DNA from: an uncultured bacterium
GTDB taxonomy: Bacteria > Verrucomicrobiota > Verrucomicrobiia > Limisphaerales > UBA8199
Direction: 5' to 3'
Assembly (NCBI GenBank): GCA_963749495.1
Contig: CAVVMW010000023.1
Coordinates: 608,001-672,000, forward strand
Length of the DNA stretch: 64,000 nt
The first letter of the stretch is position 1. Each line of letters begins with the position of its first letter. Under the pieces are notes generated by a model. It did not search any database. It was given only the letters and a program-made list of their open reading frames with translations, and was not told the DNA's origin. Shown piece after piece: positions 50,473-60,818 of the stretch. A program made the position numbers and the translations under genes.

Positions 50473-52374
50473 CTACTTGGTGGGTAAGAGCCGCAGCGGG
50501 CGCTTGAGCCGCAGGTCAATCTTGAACGTGAACGTGCCCGGGTCCTCGACAGCGCCCAGGTTGCTGGATAGCACCGTGTTGGTCTCGAACATCGGGCTGC
50601 CCTTCAGTGCCTCGACCACCATGAAGGCCATCGCCTCGTCGGCGCTGGCCTGGCTGGCCCCCTCCGAAAACGAGGAGAGGCTCACCGCGCGGAAGGTCAC
50701 GTCCAGGCTGGTGACGTCGTTGGCGTCCTTGAGCTTGGGCGCAGCCAGCTCGGCCCCGGCGCCAATTATGGCCGTGGACGGCCCGGTCCTGCCCCCCAAT
50801 CCATAACGCGCGTAGCGCGCCTTGAGAGCCGCGTCCGGGTCAACCCCCGCGATGCCGGTGCTCGCCGGTGCGGCCCCGGCCTCGAGCAGGCTCGTCAGGT
50901 CGCCGCCTGGATCGAAGGCCTTCAACGAATCAATCCAGATGCCCCCATCGATGCCCCAGTTGGCCTTGGCGGTCCCCTCGACGTGAAAGAGCGCTTTCTG
51001 GATCTCCTTGAGGACGTCAACCCAGTAATAGCGGTTGCCCAACCAGCCGATGACCTGGGCAAGCTGCTGGGTGTTGCTGTTGAGGTTGCGCATCACGCCC
51101 CCAAACCGGCTCGACAGGGCTTGGGCCTTCTTGAGCGGCTCCTCCAGTTCCTGCGCCGACTTGTTCTTGGCCTGGGCCAACTGGTCGAAGAGCACCCCCA
51201 TCAGGCAAACCACTCCAGCCAGGCTGAAGACCGACGCCAGCAGATAGGGCTTCTTCTGGTTGAAACTCTGCCAGCGCAACGTGGTGTCGGGCATCAGGTT
51301 CAGCTCGACCGGGCACTGGGCCAGGTTGCGCAGGCCCAAGCCCACCACCTCGCCCAGGGAATGGGCCACGCGCGCCAGGTCCTCCAGGTTGATCGACGGG
51401 TCCAACTGCACGTTGCGCAGCGGGTTGAAATACTCGACCGGGACGTTGAGTTTCTCGGCGAAGAACTGCGCCGTATAAGGCATGAGCGAGGCGCCGCCCG
51501 ACAGAAAGAGCCGCTGCGGGGCCGAGCCGCCCTGCTGGCCGCGGTAAAACTGCATGGTCTGGTTGACCTGGATGTGCAGGCGGGTCATGAACTGCCGGGC
51601 GATCTTCGAAATCGCCGCCTGGTTCGGGTTCTCCGGCTCTTCGTAGGCCCCGCCCAGGCTCACGAAGCCCTCGTCGATCTTGAGCTTCTCGGCGGCCTCG
51701 AACTTGAGCTTGGCCTCCGTCGCGAAATCGTGCGTGATGGAATTGGCGCCCAGGTTGATGCTGCGGGAAAAGACCTTGCCCTTCTCGAAGAACAGGAGGT
51801 TGCTGGTCTTGGCGCCGATGTCCAAAAGCATCGTGCAGTCCTCCAGGTCGCCATAGTTGTAGCGAAAGGCGTTGCACAACGCCGCCGGCGAGACATCCGC
51901 CAGTTGCAGGCGCAGGCCCGCGCTCTCCGTGACTCGGAACAGGCCCTCGACGATGTCCGCCTTGATCGCCACAAGGAGCACCTCCAATTCCCCTCCCGGC
52001 GTCGAGCCCAGTATCTGGTAATCCCAAACAACCTCCGCCAGCGGGAACGGGACGTTCTGCTGCGCCTCGTACTGGATAATTTGGGTCACTTTCCCCGCAT
52101 CCACCGGCGGCAGCTTCACGAATTTCGAGAACACGTGGAACCCCGGGGCGCACACGTTCACGTTCCTGGACTTGATCCCTTTGTCGGCGATCAATTTCTG
52201 CATCGCCTTCGCAATCGCCGCTTCCCGCGTGGACTCCTGCGCCCCTTCTGCGCCCAGCGATTCAATCCCATATTGCTTGAGCCGCAACCCGCCGGCCTCG
52301 TTGACCTCGAATTCCGCCAGCTTGAGGCTGCCCGCCCCAAAGTCAACCGCCAGAAATGATTTCGTGTTCAGCAT
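50473..52374 (-). CDS. pilM: Type IV pilus assembly protein PilM fused to a PilN-like domain
   Basis: LAVDFGAGSLK, EAQQNVPFPL, LLDIGAKTSN, LSGGAS, GLGLR (actin-like fold); then LNLMP, TM and coiled coil. Confidence 0.92.
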   Translation of the reverse strand: MLNTKSFLAVDFGAGSLKLAEFEVNEAGGLRLKQYGIESLGAEGAQESTREAAIAKAMQKLIADKGIKSRNVNVCAPGFHVFSKFVKLPPVDAGKVTQIIQYEAQQNVPFPLAEVVWDYQILGSTPGGELEVLLVAIKADIVEGLFRVTESAGLRLQLADVSPAALCNAFRYNYGDLEDCTMLLDIGAKTSNLLFFEKGKVFSRSINLGANSITHDFATEAKLKFEAAEKLKIDEGFVSLGGAYEEPENPNQAAISKIARQFMTRLHIQVNQTMQFYRGQQGGSAPQRLFLSGGASLMPYTAQFFAEKLNVPVEYFNPLRNVQLDPSINLEDLARVAHSLGEVVGLGLRNLAQCPVELNLMPDTTLRWQSFNQKKPYLLASVFSLAGVVCLMGVLFDQLAQAKNKSAQELEEPLKKAQALSSRFGGVMRNLNSNTQQLAQVIGWLGNRYYWVDVLKEIQKALFHVEGTAKANWGIDGGIWIDSLKAFDPGGDLTSLLEAGAAPASTGIAGVDPDAALKARYARYGLGGRTGPSTAIIGAGAELAAPKLKDANDVTSLDVTFRAVSLSSFSEGASQASADEAMAFMVVEALKGSPMFETNTVLSSNLGAVEDPGTFTFKIDLRLKRPLRLLPTK

Positions 52375-52522
52375 TTACGCTCGCGTGGTGTCACCCACAG
52401 TTTTGCCGCCCCTGCCTTGCGTATTTGGTGAAGGGCAGCCGATGGTGGGTATCTAAATTCAGGGCAACCGTCAAATAAAAAATTGCCTTTCAAGGCCCGG
52501 GACGCTCAACAGAATGGGTCGC

Positions 52523-52576
52523 TGCCGCCTAAAGGCGGCGTTCCGCAGCAAACCGGAACGCCGCCTTCAGGCGGCA
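52523..52576. repeat. REP doublet / possible terminator
   Basis: TGCCGCCTAAAGGCGGCGTTCCG versus CGGAACGCCGCCTTCAGGCGGCA. Confidence 0.75.
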
Positions 52577-52610
52577 GGATGGGCGCTCGAAGAAACCGGT
52601 TGTGCGCCCC

Positions 52611-53591
52611 TCAGACCCTCATCCGGAAATACTCGATGGTCTGGATCAATCCCCGGGCCAAGGGCACATGCGGTTCCCAGCCCAGGATTTTCCTGGCCCG
52701 GGTGATGTCGGGCCGGCGCTGCCTGGGGTCATCCTGCGGCAGCGGCTTCAAGGCGATGCGGCTGCGCGAGCCGGTGGCCCGGATAATCTCCCTGGCGAAC
52801 TCCAGCACGGTCATCTCGACCGGGTTGCCGAGGTTCACCGGCTGGCCGCAGGCGCTGTGCATGAGCCGATAGATCCCCTCGATGAGGTCGGAGACGTAGC
52901 AGAAACTGCGGGTCTGGCTGCCCCGCCCGAACACCGTCAGCGGCTTGTGCTGGAGCGCCTGGCTGATGAACGCCGGCACCACACGCCCGTCGTTGAGCCG
53001 CATCCGCGGGCCGTACGTGTTGAAGATGCGCGCAATCCGCGTCTGCACCCCGTGCTCCTGGCGATAGGCGACCGTCAGGGCCTCGGCAAAACGCTTGGCC
53101 TCATCATAACAGCCGCGCGGCCCGATCGGGTTCACGTTGCCCCAGTAATCCTCCGTCTGCGGGTGTACCAGCGGGTCGCCATAGACCTCCGAAGTCGAGG
53201 CCAGGAGAAATCTCGCCCCCTTGGCCTTGGCAAGGCCCAGGGCCTTGTGGGTGCCCAGCGAACCGACCTTCAAGGTCTGAATCGGCAACTCCAGGTAATC
53301 GACCGGGCTGGCAGGCGATGCAAAGTGCCACACGTAATCCACAGGCACATCCAGAAAGAGGAACTCGGTCACGTCCTGCTCGACGAACCTGAAGCCCTGG
53401 TTTCCCGCCAGGTGCGAAATGTTGTCCACGCTGCCGGTGACAAGGTTATCGATACCGATCACCCGATGTCCCCTGGCCAGCAGCAGGTCCGTCAGGTGCG
53501 ACCCCAAAAAACCCGCTGCCCCCGTAACCACTGAAGTGGGATGCCCCGACCCCTTGAGGTTTGGTTTCGCGCGATCTGCCCCTGCGGTCAT
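52611..53591 (-). CDS. uxs: UDP-glucuronate decarboxylase (UDP-xylose synthase, extended SDR)
   Basis: [57 protein letters not shown]. Confidence 0.9.
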   Translation of the reverse strand: MTAGADRAKPNLKGSGHPTSVVTGAAGFLGSHLTDLLLARGHRVIGIDNLVTGSVDNISHLAGNQGFRFVEQDVTEFLFLDVPVDYVWHFASPASPVDYLELPIQTLKVGSLGTHKALGLAKAKGARFLLASTSEVYGDPLVHPQTEDYWGNVNPIGPRGCYDEAKRFAEALTVAYRQEHGVQTRIARIFNTYGPRMRLNDGRVVPAFISQALQHKPLTVFGRGSQTRSFCYVSDLIEGIYRLMHSACGQPVNLGNPVEMTVLEFAREIIRATGSRSRIALKPLPQDDPRQRRPDITRARKILGWEPHVPLARGLIQTIEYFRMRV

Positions 53592-53686
53592 GGAATTTCC
53601 TTTCTGTTGAACCACATCCCTTGGCGGACCGGTCAGTCCCCGCGTCCCCGCGTCTCCGCGTCTCTCAGTGCGCCCCTGCCCCTCGC

Positions 53687-53726
53687 TCATTCGTCATTCG
53701 TCATTCGTCATTCGTCATTCGTCATT
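53687..53726 (+). repeat. Heptamer tandem repeat (TCATTCG)x5+
   Basis: Seen directly; intergenic. Confidence 0.9.
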
Positions 53727-53743
53727 GCCCGCTCTACCCTCCC

Positions 53744-55144
53744 CTACCGCGCCCCTGCCCCTCTGAGCACCACCGGCACGGTCCGCCACAGTATCTTCAG
53801 GTCCAGCCAAAAGGACCAATTGTCGATATACTCCAGGTCCAGGCGCACCCACTCCCGGAAGTCCTTCGTGTCGTTTCGGCCGCTGATCTGCCACAGGCAG
53901 GTCAACCCGGGCCTCACGCTGAGCCGCCTCCGGTGCGCCATGTCGTCGAACCGCTTGACCTCGTCCACCGGCAGCGGGCGGGGTCCGACCAGGCTCATCT
54001 CGCCGCGCAGCACATTGACCAACTGCGGCAGTTCATCGATGCTGAACTTGCGCAGGGACCTGCCCGCCGGGGTAATCCTGGGGTCATTGCTGACCTTGAA
54101 CACCGGCCCGCTCATCTCGTTCAAGGCGGCCAGTTCGTGTTTGAGCTGTTCGGCGTTGGTTACCATGGTGCGGAACTTGTACATGGTGAAGGGCCGGCCG
54201 TTGAGGCCGGAGCGCTGCTGCCGGAACAGGACGGGTCCGGGGGAGGTCAGCTTGATGAGCAGGCCGACCACGAAGAGCAGCGGCAGCAGCGCCACCAGGA
54301 GCAGCGCCGCCAGCACATAGTCCAGGATCCGTTTGGCCACCCCTTGCCAGGAGGTCTCCGGCGCGCTCCGAAACACCAGCATCGGACGCCCGTTGAAATC
54401 GTCCAGGCTGGTGCGTGAAATCTGCGTCTGGAAAAAGTCCGCCACCAGCCACACCTCCACCCCTTCCAGTTCGCACGCCCGGATGACCGCCTCCACGGGC
54501 TCGAAGTAGGCCCGCCGCGCGCTCACAATCACCCCGTTGACCGAATGCTCGTGCAGCATCTCCACCAGTTGCGCCACGGGCGTCTCCTCCAGCACCATGT
54601 CCCCCAGGATCTCAATCTCCTCACCCGCCTGCGCCAACTCCCTGCGCGCCCGCTTCAACTCCTCCCGCACCCCCACCAGGATAAACCGCCGCCGATACTG
54701 CGCCTGCCCCACCCCGCTCCGCAGCGCCAGCCGCACCATCTCCTCCTTGAACCAGACCAGCCCGAAACTCAGGAACCCGAACCAGATGACCACCGAGCGC
54801 GGCATCTCGTTTGCGCGGCGCAACGAGAACAAGCCGACCACCACGCCCAGCGACAACAGCACGCACCCTTTGAACAGAGGCCAAAACATCCGCCGCCGCG
54901 CGCTCAGCAGCGGGCGGTTGTAAAAACCCTGCATCTCCAGCACCACCGGCGCCACGGGAATCAACAGCACGTAGAGCAGCATGTAGTCCTGAAACGAGAG
55001 CGTGCCCACCAGCTTGATGTGGAACAGGTTGCTCAGGGCCGCCGTGGACCGCAACTTGAATGCCAGCCAGAAGCTCAGCGCGAACAGACACGCATCCACC
55101 AATTGGTGGATTTGCATCCGGATGAGTCTGTCGCGGCGGAACAT
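53744..55144 (-). CDS. Polyprenyl-phosphate sugar phosphotransferase (WcaJ/WbaP-type priming glycosyltransferase)
   Basis: N-terminal TM helices; KRILD, SPGPVLFRQQR, YKFRTM, DPRIT, DELPQLVNVLRGEMSLVGPRP, PGLTCLWQISGR. Confidence 0.95.
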   Translation of the reverse strand: MFRRDRLIRMQIHQLVDACLFALSFWLAFKLRSTAALSNLFHIKLVGTLSFQDYMLLYVLLIPVAPVVLEMQGFYNRPLLSARRRMFWPLFKGCVLLSLGVVVGLFSLRRANEMPRSVVIWFGFLSFGLVWFKEEMVRLALRSGVGQAQYRRRFILVGVREELKRARRELAQAGEEIEILGDMVLEETPVAQLVEMLHEHSVNGVIVSARRAYFEPVEAVIRACELEGVEVWLVADFFQTQISRTSLDDFNGRPMLVFRSAPETSWQGVAKRILDYVLAALLLVALLPLLFVVGLLIKLTSPGPVLFRQQRSGLNGRPFTMYKFRTMVTNAEQLKHELAALNEMSGPVFKVSNDPRITPAGRSLRKFSIDELPQLVNVLRGEMSLVGPRPLPVDEVKRFDDMAHRRRLSVRPGLTCLWQISGRNDTKDFREWVRLDLEYIDNWSFWLDLKILWRTVPVVLRGAGAR

Positions 55145-55202
55145 AATTCTCGGCAATCGCGCGTTTCAAACCGCATTCTGAACAACTTTGGGAACACTGC
55201 AA

Positions 55203-55267
55203 GGCTATTGTCTATTGGCTCTTGGCTATTGGCTTTTGGCTATTGGCTCTTGGCTCTTGGCTATTGG
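55203..55267 (+). repeat. Degenerate heptamer tandem repeat (GCTATTG/GCTCTTG) about x9
   Basis: Seen directly; intergenic. Confidence 0.85.
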
Positions 55268-55422
55268 TCCCGCCCGCGCCCGCCCCCGGGCACAGCAGCG
55301 ACGGAGCGGGCAGGCGCGCTGGAGTGTTTGACCGCTGCCCTGGCTCCGGACGTCGCTGCGCCCGGGGACGGGCGCACGCCGGTCCGGCCCCCGGCGGTGG
55401 GGGCGGTGTCGGGATACGCCCA

Positions 55423-56154
55423 TCACCTTGCCCCGCCCGTGGCCGCCTGGGGCGTCAGTTGAAACTCCGGCACCGCGGCGGCGATGAACTGCTTCATTTT
55501 CCGAAAGGTGGCCTCTTCCTGGCCCGGCGCGCAGGGTGAGAAGCAAGCGATGTAGGCCCAGCGTTGGAGCACGCCCCTCCGCAACAGGTCCCGGGCCATC
55601 CACCACATGCGCTGCGAGTGGCTCGCCGTGTATTCGCCGTCGGCCACAAACCAATACACAAACAGCAGCCGCTCGGTGTTCTGAGCGTCGCCCGGTTCCG
55701 TCGTGCGCGTAGTGACCAGTTTCATCACCGGCAGTTCATAGGGCTGCGGGCGCTCGATGCGCACCTTCTCGAGGCGGGAACCGGCCTCCTCAATCCTCAG
55801 GCCCGACCCGCCCAGGCAGATCTCCGGCTTGTGCAGGCTGGTCCGGTCTGCGCCCATCAGCACCACGGTGACCTGGATGCAGGAGTTGTCCGGCGCGGTG
55901 TAGCGCCGCTGGCCGAAGCTGGTGTCCTGCGGCAGGTGGTCCAGCACGATTTTGCTGACCTCCAGCGGTTTGGAGGTGTAGTCCAGGACCCGCTCCGGCA
56001 ACTCCACCTCCAGCCGCGTGCTGTTGGGCAGCGGGTGAGTCTTGACGCCGGGCCGGCCAAGCCTTTGATGGGCCTTGAAGTGGGCCAGCAAGGTCATCGT
56101 GCCAGCCATCATGGCCAGCGCCAGCGCCAGGAGAATCCATTTCTGCCGGTTCAT
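55423..56154 (-). CDS. Exosortase-associated EpsI-like protein (DUF3485)
   Basis: N-terminal TM; SLHKPEICLGGSG; VYWF; directly downstream of the exosortase. Confidence 0.85.
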   Translation of the reverse strand: MNRQKWILLALALAMMAGTMTLLAHFKAHQRLGRPGVKTHPLPNSTRLEVELPERVLDYTSKPLEVSKIVLDHLPQDTSFGQRRYTAPDNSCIQVTVVLMGADRTSLHKPEICLGGSGLRIEEAGSRLEKVRIERPQPYELPVMKLVTTRTTEPGDAQNTERLLFVYWFVADGEYTASHSQRMWWMARDLLRRGVLQRWAYIACFSPCAPGQEEATFRKMKQFIAAAVPEFQLTPQAATGGAR

Positions 56155-56206
56155 ATCGGGAGCGATGTTGAATGTCATCCTAGCCTCAGCCTGCCGGGTT
56201 CAGGGT

Positions 56207-57259
56207 TCAGGGTTCAGGGTTCACGCTCGCCTTGGGCTCGGCCTGCGGGGAGGGGGCGGTCTTGGGCTTGGCCTCGCGCAGCCAATGGCCGAGGAGGATT
56301 AGGCCCAGGAACGCCGGCACGTACGGCAGCAGGCTCAAGACGCCGCCCGGACCGCCATCGTGTACCGCGTTGCCCGCAGCCTGCCCGCCCATCTCCGCCG
56401 CTACCACAATCGTCAGCATCCGCACCAGGTTGCCCAGGACCGCCAGCGGAAAGGCCGACGCCACCAGCAGGCCCCGCTTCCACCAACTCCGGAACGCGAC
56501 AAACGCATAAACGATGGCCAGGCCCAACGTCGCCATCAGGCTCCGCAATCCGCTGCACGCCGCCGCCACCTCGTAGTGGTAATGGCCGATCGGGTTCATC
56601 AGCGCCGTCCCCTGCCGCTGCACGCCGATGCCCAGGAGGTGGTTGGCCACAAACTCGACCAAGCGGCTCACCAGCAGCCGCAACTCGAAGCTGATTCGCT
56701 CCGCCTGCCCTCCCAGCGGGATGCAGAAGACCAGCAGGAAAAAGGGAAAGAAGCTCGCCCGCAGCCACGCCGGCCCCCAGGCCAGCCCCATCAACCCGAA
56801 AAACCCCGTCAGCAGCCCCAGAATCGACACCTTGGGCTGCTGGACCAGGAACGCGCCCAGGTGTATCACCAGCCCCAGACCCACCAGCCCCAGACCCGGC
56901 CACCACAGGCCCAGCGGTTGGGCCATCAACTCTTTCCGTTTCCACCAGCAGAGCCCCACCACGACCAGCGGTATCAGCAGGCAAAACCCCTGCTCGCTCT
57001 CGGCCATCCAATGCCAGAATGCGCCCAGGTCCAGGGCGCGCAGCGACGGCACCAACTGCGGATGGTATGCGCCCAGCAGGAAGGCATACAGCGAGGCCGA
57101 GTGTACGTAGCCCAGGGTCGGGTTGCCCAGAAAATGAAACAAGGCCAACCAGGCCGCCAGCAGCACAAAGAAAAAACCTTTGTTGGGCAGCCGCCGCCAG
57201 CATTCCTGAAAATCCATCCGGAATTCCTCCAGAATGCCCTTGCTTGGCTCTCGTTCCAT
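56207..57259 (-). CDS. Exosortase/archaeosortase family protein (EpsH-like)
   Basis: Multi-TM; EVAAACSGLRSL (Cys), GNLVR (Arg), VHD (His). Confidence 0.93.
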   Translation of the reverse strand: MEREPSKGILEEFRMDFQECWRRLPNKGFFFVLLAAWLALFHFLGNPTLGYVHSASLYAFLLGAYHPQLVPSLRALDLGAFWHWMAESEQGFCLLIPLVVVGLCWWKRKELMAQPLGLWWPGLGLVGLGLVIHLGAFLVQQPKVSILGLLTGFFGLMGLAWGPAWLRASFFPFFLLVFCIPLGGQAERISFELRLLVSRLVEFVANHLLGIGVQRQGTALMNPIGHYHYEVAAACSGLRSLMATLGLAIVYAFVAFRSWWKRGLLVASAFPLAVLGNLVRMLTIVVAAEMGGQAAGNAVHDGGPGGVLSLLPYVPAFLGLILLGHWLREAKPKTAPSPQAEPKASVNPEP

Positions 57260-57309
57260 AGTCGCGTAGAGTTTAGATACCAAGCCCGCCCATCCTGCTC
57301 AATCTCAAT

Positions 57310-57752
57310 TCACCGGTCATCGGTCTCGTGCATCGCGTCTTTGAGCCGCATGACGTACCACTCCTGCGGTCCCTCCGCCAGCCAGTGCAATACGCGGGGT
57401 ATCCGATACGTGAAGGCGGTATGGGTCGACGGCGAGTATAGCGACCCCCGAGCAGCACGAGCGCGGCGAGACCAGCAAAACAAAAGGGCAAAGGCCGCCG
57501 GAACCGCCGCCGCAACCGCCGCCAGCCAGTGCCGATTGCCGCTCGGCAAGTCACCGGCCTGCACCCCGGGCGTGCATCCCCTCTTGGCGCGCTTCCGCGC
57601 CCCCACCACCCTGAGAACGTGCCGGTGAATCCGAGAACGGCAGCAACGATTACAACGGCGTAACCGGAGCGATTCAACTGTCCCGCGGCGGACAAACCCC
57701 ACCCCGCAAGACTCGCGAGCACTGAAACCCACAGCCAGATTCTAACTGCCAT
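57310..57752 (-). pseudogene. Truncated, frameshifted copy of the GT-C-like membrane protein gene at 63146
   Basis: MAVRIWLWVSVLASLAGWGLSAAGQLNRSGY...; after a frameshift HTAFTYRIPRVLHWLAEG, then similarity ends. Confidence 0.85.
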
Positions 57753-57872
57753 AATGCGCCACCGTGGGCAGATCGGCGAAAACCGTCAATGGTTTCGGAC
57801 CTTTTTGTTTTTCAGCGGCGTTCTCAATTCGACTTGATCCCCTGAGGCGGACCGTGGAACCTGCTGCGCGAT

Positions 57873-58640
57873 ATGGCGGCCAGGATCGGCTTCGTATTTC
57901 CAAAAGACTTCGGCCCGGCAAATGAACGCGTCGAGGCGCTGCTGGCGGGCTGCGCCCATTACGGGAGGTTCGACCGGCCCATCTTCGTTGCCGGGTACAA
58001 CGAGCTATGCCGGGTGGACCTCAATGGGAGAAAGGTCCTCGAGCTCTGCTGCGGGGTGGGTGAACTGGCATGCGGGCTGGGACGGGCTTTCCCCAAAGCG
58101 GAAGTGACTGGCCTGGACCGCTATCCCGACGCTGGGCGCGCCATCCGGGAAACAACTGGCGCCGGAGGGCCAGGCAATGTGCGTTACGTTTGTAGCGACG
58201 CATTGTACCTCAAGGAGTTTGCCGACGCCACGTTGGATCTGGTGTACGGCCAGGCAACCCTTCACCATCTGGCACATGAAACCGAGGCGGCCGGGCAGGA
58301 ATTTGCGCGCGTGCTAAAGCCGGGGGGCCGCCTCGTGTTTATCTATGAGCCTTTCGGCCACAATCCAATCTGGGCCATGATTCGCGCCTATCGCACCGCC
58401 AAGGCCCGATTGGTCGATGAAAGCAACGTCGTGGTGGAACAACTGGAGCAGGTCGCCCGCTCTTTTGGCCTCTGCGAAATCCAGCCGTTTAATTTCCTGG
58501 GCTACCCGTTCAAATACCTGGCACGCCTCGCCGGCCAGTCCGTCATTGATTTCATATACCGGTTGGACGAAGGCCTGATGCAGCGCTCCTCAAGTTGCGC
58601 TCTGCGTGCGGCCAATTTCAATGTGGTCTTTACAAAGTGA
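57873..58640 (+). CDS. Class I SAM-dependent methyltransferase
   Basis: VLELCCGVG, TGLD, ATLHHL, RVLKPGGRLVFIYEP. Confidence 0.9.
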   Translation: MAARIGFVFPKDFGPANERVEALLAGCAHYGRFDRPIFVAGYNELCRVDLNGRKVLELCCGVGELACGLGRAFPKAEVTGLDRYPDAGRAIRETTGAGGPGNVRYVCSDALYLKEFADATLDLVYGQATLHHLAHETEAAGQEFARVLKPGGRLVFIYEPFGHNPIWAMIRAYRTAKARLVDESNVVVEQLEQVARSFGLCEIQPFNFLGYPFKYLARLAGQSVIDFIYRLDEGLMQRSSSCALRAANFNVVFTK

Positions 58641-58654
58641 TGGGAGCGAGGAAC

Positions 58655-58726
58655 GATGGTCACCCCCTTCAACACGATGGCGCGAGCCCCAATGAAAACC
58701 CCACGACCGATCTTGACGGGCCGGGC
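58655..58726 (-). pseudogene. Hexapeptide-repeat acyltransferase remnant
   Basis: Manual translation ARPVKIGRGVFIGARAIVLKGVTI. Confidence 0.6.
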
Positions 58727-58796
58727 CTTGGTCTGGCCCGGGAACGGGAATTGTCATTGTCTTGACGGTCAACACTGGGCTGCTATCGTTGCCACC

Positions 58797-60742
58797 GTGA
58801 AGGAAAATCGCCTTTCCCCTCTTTGTTTTCCATTTGTGCTGGCCTTTTGTCTCTCGCGGCCGCTCTGGGCGCAGACCTACAGCGACCTCTACAGCGCTTA
58901 CGCGGCCATTGGTTTTGACCCCTCCGCGCAAGGAAACGCAGCGGTCGTCTTCTTCAGCGATGCGCACATGAATCTGAGTCTGACCGCGGGAATCGGCCCC
59001 TACGCCACGACCAATCTGGATCCCCGGCTGGCCAATATTGTCAACGCCATGAATCCGCCACCAACGAAGATCCTCATCGCTGGGGATGTCAGCACCAGCT
59101 TGTCTGAAGTGCCGGGTGAGAACGGATTCGATACGCCGTATCTTTTCTCCTGGGCTACCAATGAGATGAACTTCTTCCTCTCGAGCCTTCAAGCCTTCAG
59201 GAACGTCGCCCTGACAAACATTCTCTGGGTTCCGGGCAATCACGACCAGGGTCCCTACGAGACCAACGCCGCACTCTTTTGCTCCATGTTCCCGTGGATG
59301 CCGCCCTGCCAAAGCTTCGATCTGGCCGGTGTCCGGTTTTTTGTGCTCAACTCGGGCAACTACGGCGAGCCGAGCGATTCCGAGAGAGCCTGGCTGGGGC
59401 AACAGTTGGCTGCGACCTCGCCGACCCAGACAGTGGCAGTGCTCGAGCATCTTCCCCCTTTCGCCCGTGCGCTGTTGTATCGTGGCATGGCCACGATGTT
59501 GCGGCAATTGTTCAGCCAGTGGCCGTCGCGTTGGTGGTTGCTGGAAGGACACATGCATGCCGAGTCGGAAGCCGTCTACAACATCGGGCTCAGCAACGTC
59601 GGATCGCTCCTCACCCGCACTGTCAACGCCAACCAGTTCTGCGGACTGCTTCACACCGCCGGCTTCGAAGTCCTCTGCCTGAGCAATGGGATCGTTGGCT
59701 CCATCGCTTACCACTTCGACACCGCAAACTTTGACATCGCCTATGGCAATGGACAATTCCCTCGAGCCCTATCAAGCTGGGAATCCCCCCAGCGGTTTGT
59801 CCCGCCGTTTAGTGACGTCAAGGGCCTTCTCTGGAGCCGCCTCAAGACTTCCAGCCCAGCCCCGGAGTTGCTTCTCGTCACCAACTCAGCCTGGCAGGCC
59901 TCCCGCACTATCGGCAATCCTCTGGGCGAAATCTACAATGTCGAGGGCACGCTGCTCACAAAACGCACTGCGTCCGGTGACCTCCTCTGGGGCCAGGACC
60001 TCGGTGCCGGAATCGCGTGGACCGTGGGGAGAGGTCAGTATGGCGGCTCGCACCTGGTTAAGGAAGTGACAGGCCCGGGGGCTTCCCTCTCGCGCTACGA
60101 TTACGATGGTAATCTGGTATGGACCTACGGCCTGGGCACGGACTTTACGGTGCTGACTCCACGCCAACAGCTCACCCCCGCCCCTTATGCCATCCTGGCC
60201 GGTGACGCAGCCGCTTCGAATGTCGCCCGGCTCAACCTGCCGGGCACGAGCTTTTTCAGCGGGATCAACACGTTCGGCAATCCGGCCAGCACGTTCGCGG
60301 GGAATTTCATGGGCAATGGGGCGGGGTTGACGAATGTGCCGTTACCGATCCTGAGCACGCTTGTGTTGCCGCCGCAAACGAACTATTGGGGCGATCTTCC
60401 GACCAACGGGCTCGTTTGGTCCGAAGGAGGCCTGACCCCAATGGGGCGATAGGACACGTTGTGGTCTATCGCAATTGGGGCTCCCAAGGCCCGAACCCTC
60501 CCATAGGAGAGGAGACCTTGATCCTCGGCTGCCGCAATATACGAACCGAGCCGGGATGGTATACGGGCACGGGATATGCCTACATGTCGATCGGCAACGA
60601 AGGCATTTGTGGCGATGTGTTTATCAATTACACGCAGACGTTCCCGCGCCAGGTGGCCGCCAATACAACCGGCGTCAGCATTCCTCTGACATGCGCACCT
60701 GGCCTGGTACCCAGGCTGATAGGGCTTGCCAGTGGGGTGTGA
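58797..60742 (+). CDS. Secreted calcineurin-like metallophosphoesterase with composite C-terminus (possible frameshift ~60440)
   Basis: Signal peptide LWA-Q; FSDAH, AGD, PGNHD, LEH, GHMH; the ORF ends at 60452 and ORF 60386..60742 may continue it. Confidence 0.75.
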
Positions 60743-60818
60743 CGAGGGTGCTGAATCTGGCTCAGCACGGGAACGACTTGCTGGTGTCGGCCATTCCGTT
60801 CGAGCATCGAGGCGAGCG

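Noticed and set aside
19612..52359. Many long plus-strand ORFs (e.g. 22816..24441, 29246..31186, 50983..52359)
   Set aside because: Shadow ORFs caused by high-GC codon bias opposite well-supported minus-strand genes.
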